NCBI RefSeq assembly: GCF_006345805.1
Contig: NC_043013.1
Coordinates: forward strand, 56,358,001-56,422,000
Origin: Octopus sinensis
Lineage: Eukaryota
Reading direction: 5' to 3'
DNA length: 64,000 bases
The notes beneath the pieces were generated by a model. It was not told the DNA's origin, made no database searches, and saw only the letters and a list, made by a program, of their open reading frames with translations. The position numbers and the translations under genes are program-made. Below are positions 61,287 to 64,000 of the stretch, piece by piece (the first letter of the stretch is position 1; every line of letters starts with the position of its first letter).

Positions 61287-63020
61287 CATCATCATCATCA
61301 TCATTGTTTAACGTCTGTTTTCCATGCTAGCACGGGTTGGACGGTTCGACTGGGGTCTGGGAAGCTAGGAGGCTGCACCAGGCTCCAGTCTGATCTGGCA
61401 GTGTTTCTATAGCTGGATGCCCTTCCTAACACCAACTGCTCCATGAGTGTAGTGGGTGCTTTTTATGTGCCAGGGGAGGCTGGCAGCGGTCATGATCGGT
61501 TGGTGCTTTTTACATGCCAGCGACACAGAAGCCAGTCAAGGCGGCGCTGGCATCAGCCATGTTCGGATGGTGCTTTTCATGTGCCAACGGCACAGGTATC
61601 GCAACTAGTTTCCATTTGATATTTATTCTGATGTTGATGTACTTGACTCAATAGGTCTCCTCAAGCACAGCAGGTCACCTTACGATTCAAGGTAAGCACA
61701 GCAGGTCGTTCTGCAATCCAAGGTACTTTCGATGGGCTGGGGCTATACAAAACTGTTGGAGGAAGCAGCCCGGGTCTTTGCAGTCACAGCATATCTCCAG
61801 AGATCTCGGTCTTCCATCATTGCCTCTGTGAGGCCCAATGTTCTGAGGTCATGTTTGACTACCTCATCCCATGTCTTCCTGGGTCTACTTCTCCACCTGA
61901 TACCTGCAACTGTTTGGGAATGGCACTTCTTCACACATCTCTCCTCATCCATCCGCAGTACATGACCATACCAGCACAAACGTCTCTCTTGCACACCACA
62001 TCTGATGCTTCTTATGTCCAGCATTTCTCACAGGGCGCTTACACTTTGTCGTGTGTGCACACTGACATTACACATCCAGTGGATCCTGCTAGCTTCATTT
62101 CTTTCAAGTCTATGCATGTCCTCTGCAGTCATGGCCCATGTTTCACTACCGTGAAGCATGGCGGTTCGCACACATGCATCGTACAATCTACCTTTCACTC
62201 TGAGCGAGAGACCCTTTTTCACCAGTAGGGGTAGGAACTTTCTAAACTTTGCCCAGGCTATTCGTATTCTAGTGGTGACACTCTCTGAGCATCCACCTCC
62301 ACTACTAGCGGAAACTATCAACAACTTCTAGTTTCTTCCCCTGGAGTGAGATGGAATCTGTTTTCTGAGTATCTGTGGTGTCTATTGCCCCTGTGTATCT
62401 GCCGCACATGAAAGCTATCTTATCAGTTAATTTTCCTTTGATGTTGCTGCACCTCTTATGTGTCCATAGCTTACACTGGGTACATCTTATGGAGTTTCTA
62501 CCTACATGTTTCCTACAGATCGAGCAGGGCCACCTGCCTGAGGATGTGTGTGATGAGTTCGCCTTTCTGCTTACTATAACTTTGGTCTTTGCTACATTTA
62601 CTCTAAGGCCTTTTGATTCTAAACCTTGCTTCCACACTCGAAATTTATTTTCTACTTCCGGTAGTCATTCTGGTATGAGGGCCAGGTCATCAGCATAGAG
62701 GAGCTCCCAGGGGCAACCGGTCTTGAATTCCTCTGTTATTGTCTGGAGTACTATGATGAATAAAAGGGGACTGAGTGCTGAACCTTGGTGGACTCCTACT
62801 TCTACCCGGAATTCTTCACTATACTCATTGCCAATCCTAACCTTGCTGACAGCCTCTCTGTATAGGGCCTGTACAGCCCTTATTAACCATTCGTCAATCT
62901 CCAGTTTCCACATTGCCCACCAGATAAGGGAGTCATTGGGTATGACTCCATTATGAACTACCTGGTTTACAATGTGGTTGACTAGGCCATAGCCCACACC
63001 ACCAGATGTTTTAAGCATCT
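61287..63020 (-). mobile_element. RTE LINE fragment: RT (LLYADDL), PHD insert, C-terminus, 3' UTR, (GAT)n tail
   Basis: ORFs 62665-63018, 62305-62637, 62028-62324 and 61743-62024 give VHQGSALSPLLF, LLYADDL, VN..KTKV, SETW, WYGHV and RPRKTW; frameshifted. Confidence 0.95.
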
Positions 63021-63695
63021 CAGTATTACATCAGTTTTAAAATGTCGAAATATATGATCTTCAGCCACATATAGAATTTTTTAATTAAATGGATAATGTA
63101 CATTTTTATACTTATTTCATTTGCCAAGCATATTAAAAGGGGCTCTTTGGAAAACTCATTTAAATAAAAGGGCTGGGAACCCTTGCTCTAGACTTAGAGG
63201 TTCTTTGATTTTAGTTGGATTAGAATATATTTGCCTGACAAAATTAGATTTAACACCTAAACAGATATCAATCCTATTTCACTTCTATGATGTGTAGAGA
63301 TAAAGTGGAAAAGAAGAGGGGACCTTCAGTGTTGCTGATGGTTAATGGCCCTTTCTGGTGCCGGTGCCACAATAAATATGCACTTAATACACTATGTAAA
63401 GTGTTTGGTGTTAGAAAGGTCATTCAGTCATAGAAAGCAAGTCGAAAATGGAACCGACAAGTGAAGTGTGAGAGATTGGGCCCATGGAGGGGAAGAGGAA
63501 CACTGAATAAAAGTTGACTGAGACCATAGTGATCATGCTAGCTTAAACCAGCATTGAAGGTGGATGTAGACATATAGATGATGATGATGACGATGATGAT
63601 AATGACGATGATGATGACAACGATGATGATGATGATGACGACGACGATGACAATGACAAGAAGGAGGAGGGAGTTGATGGTATATGTAGTGCTAA

Positions 63696-63927
63696 AGGTG
63701 GCAAGCTGGCAGAAACGTTAGCATGCTGGGCAAAATGCTTCGTGGTATTTCGTCTGCCGTTACGTTGTGAGTTCAAATTCCGCCGAGGTCGACTTTGCCT
63801 TTCATCCTTTCGGGGTCGATAAATTAAGTACCAGTTACGCACTGGGGTCGATGTAATCGACTTAATACCTATGTCTGTCCTTGTTTGTCTCCTCTGTGTT
63901 TAGCCCCTTGTGGGTAATAAAGAAATA
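63696..63927 (+). mobile_element. SINE family A long-tail form, full length, with 17-bp TSD
   Basis: GGTATATGTAGTGCTAA at 63679-63695 and 63928-63944; A/B-box-like tggcagaaacg and gagttcaaattcc. Confidence 0.95.
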
Positions 63928-64000
63928 GGTATATGTAGTGCTAAGTGGCATCACATGGGTGATTCAACTTTCAGAATATATAATACAGAAGAGCTAAAGC

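Overview
AT-rich, repeat-dense eukaryotic non-coding DNA. The SINE and LINE families present match, from my memory of them, those of octopus (coleoid cephalopod) genomes; this is an inference and was not database-checked. I cannot confidently identify any host protein-coding gene: nearly all listed ORFs come from microsatellites or decayed transposons, and only weak isolated exon candidates exist. The window holds three tRNA-derived SINE families, RTE LINE fragments (one family with a PHD finger inside the RT region, one BovB-like with a C-terminal C2H2 finger), CR1-type fragments, two Tc1/mariner elements, MITE/Helentron-like elements, a ~722-bp tandem duplication and many microsatellites. 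The most notable signal is a set of minimal type-I hammerhead ribozyme (HHR) motifs of the kind carried by Penelope-like elements. Three are nearly intact (19228-19276 minus, 40997-41039 minus, 57691-57735 plus) and several are decayed. Two sit in the loop of related inverted-repeat (fold-back) elements, suggesting a non-autonomous HHR-bearing fold-back family. Coordinates of degenerate repeats are approximate (about +/-20 bp).
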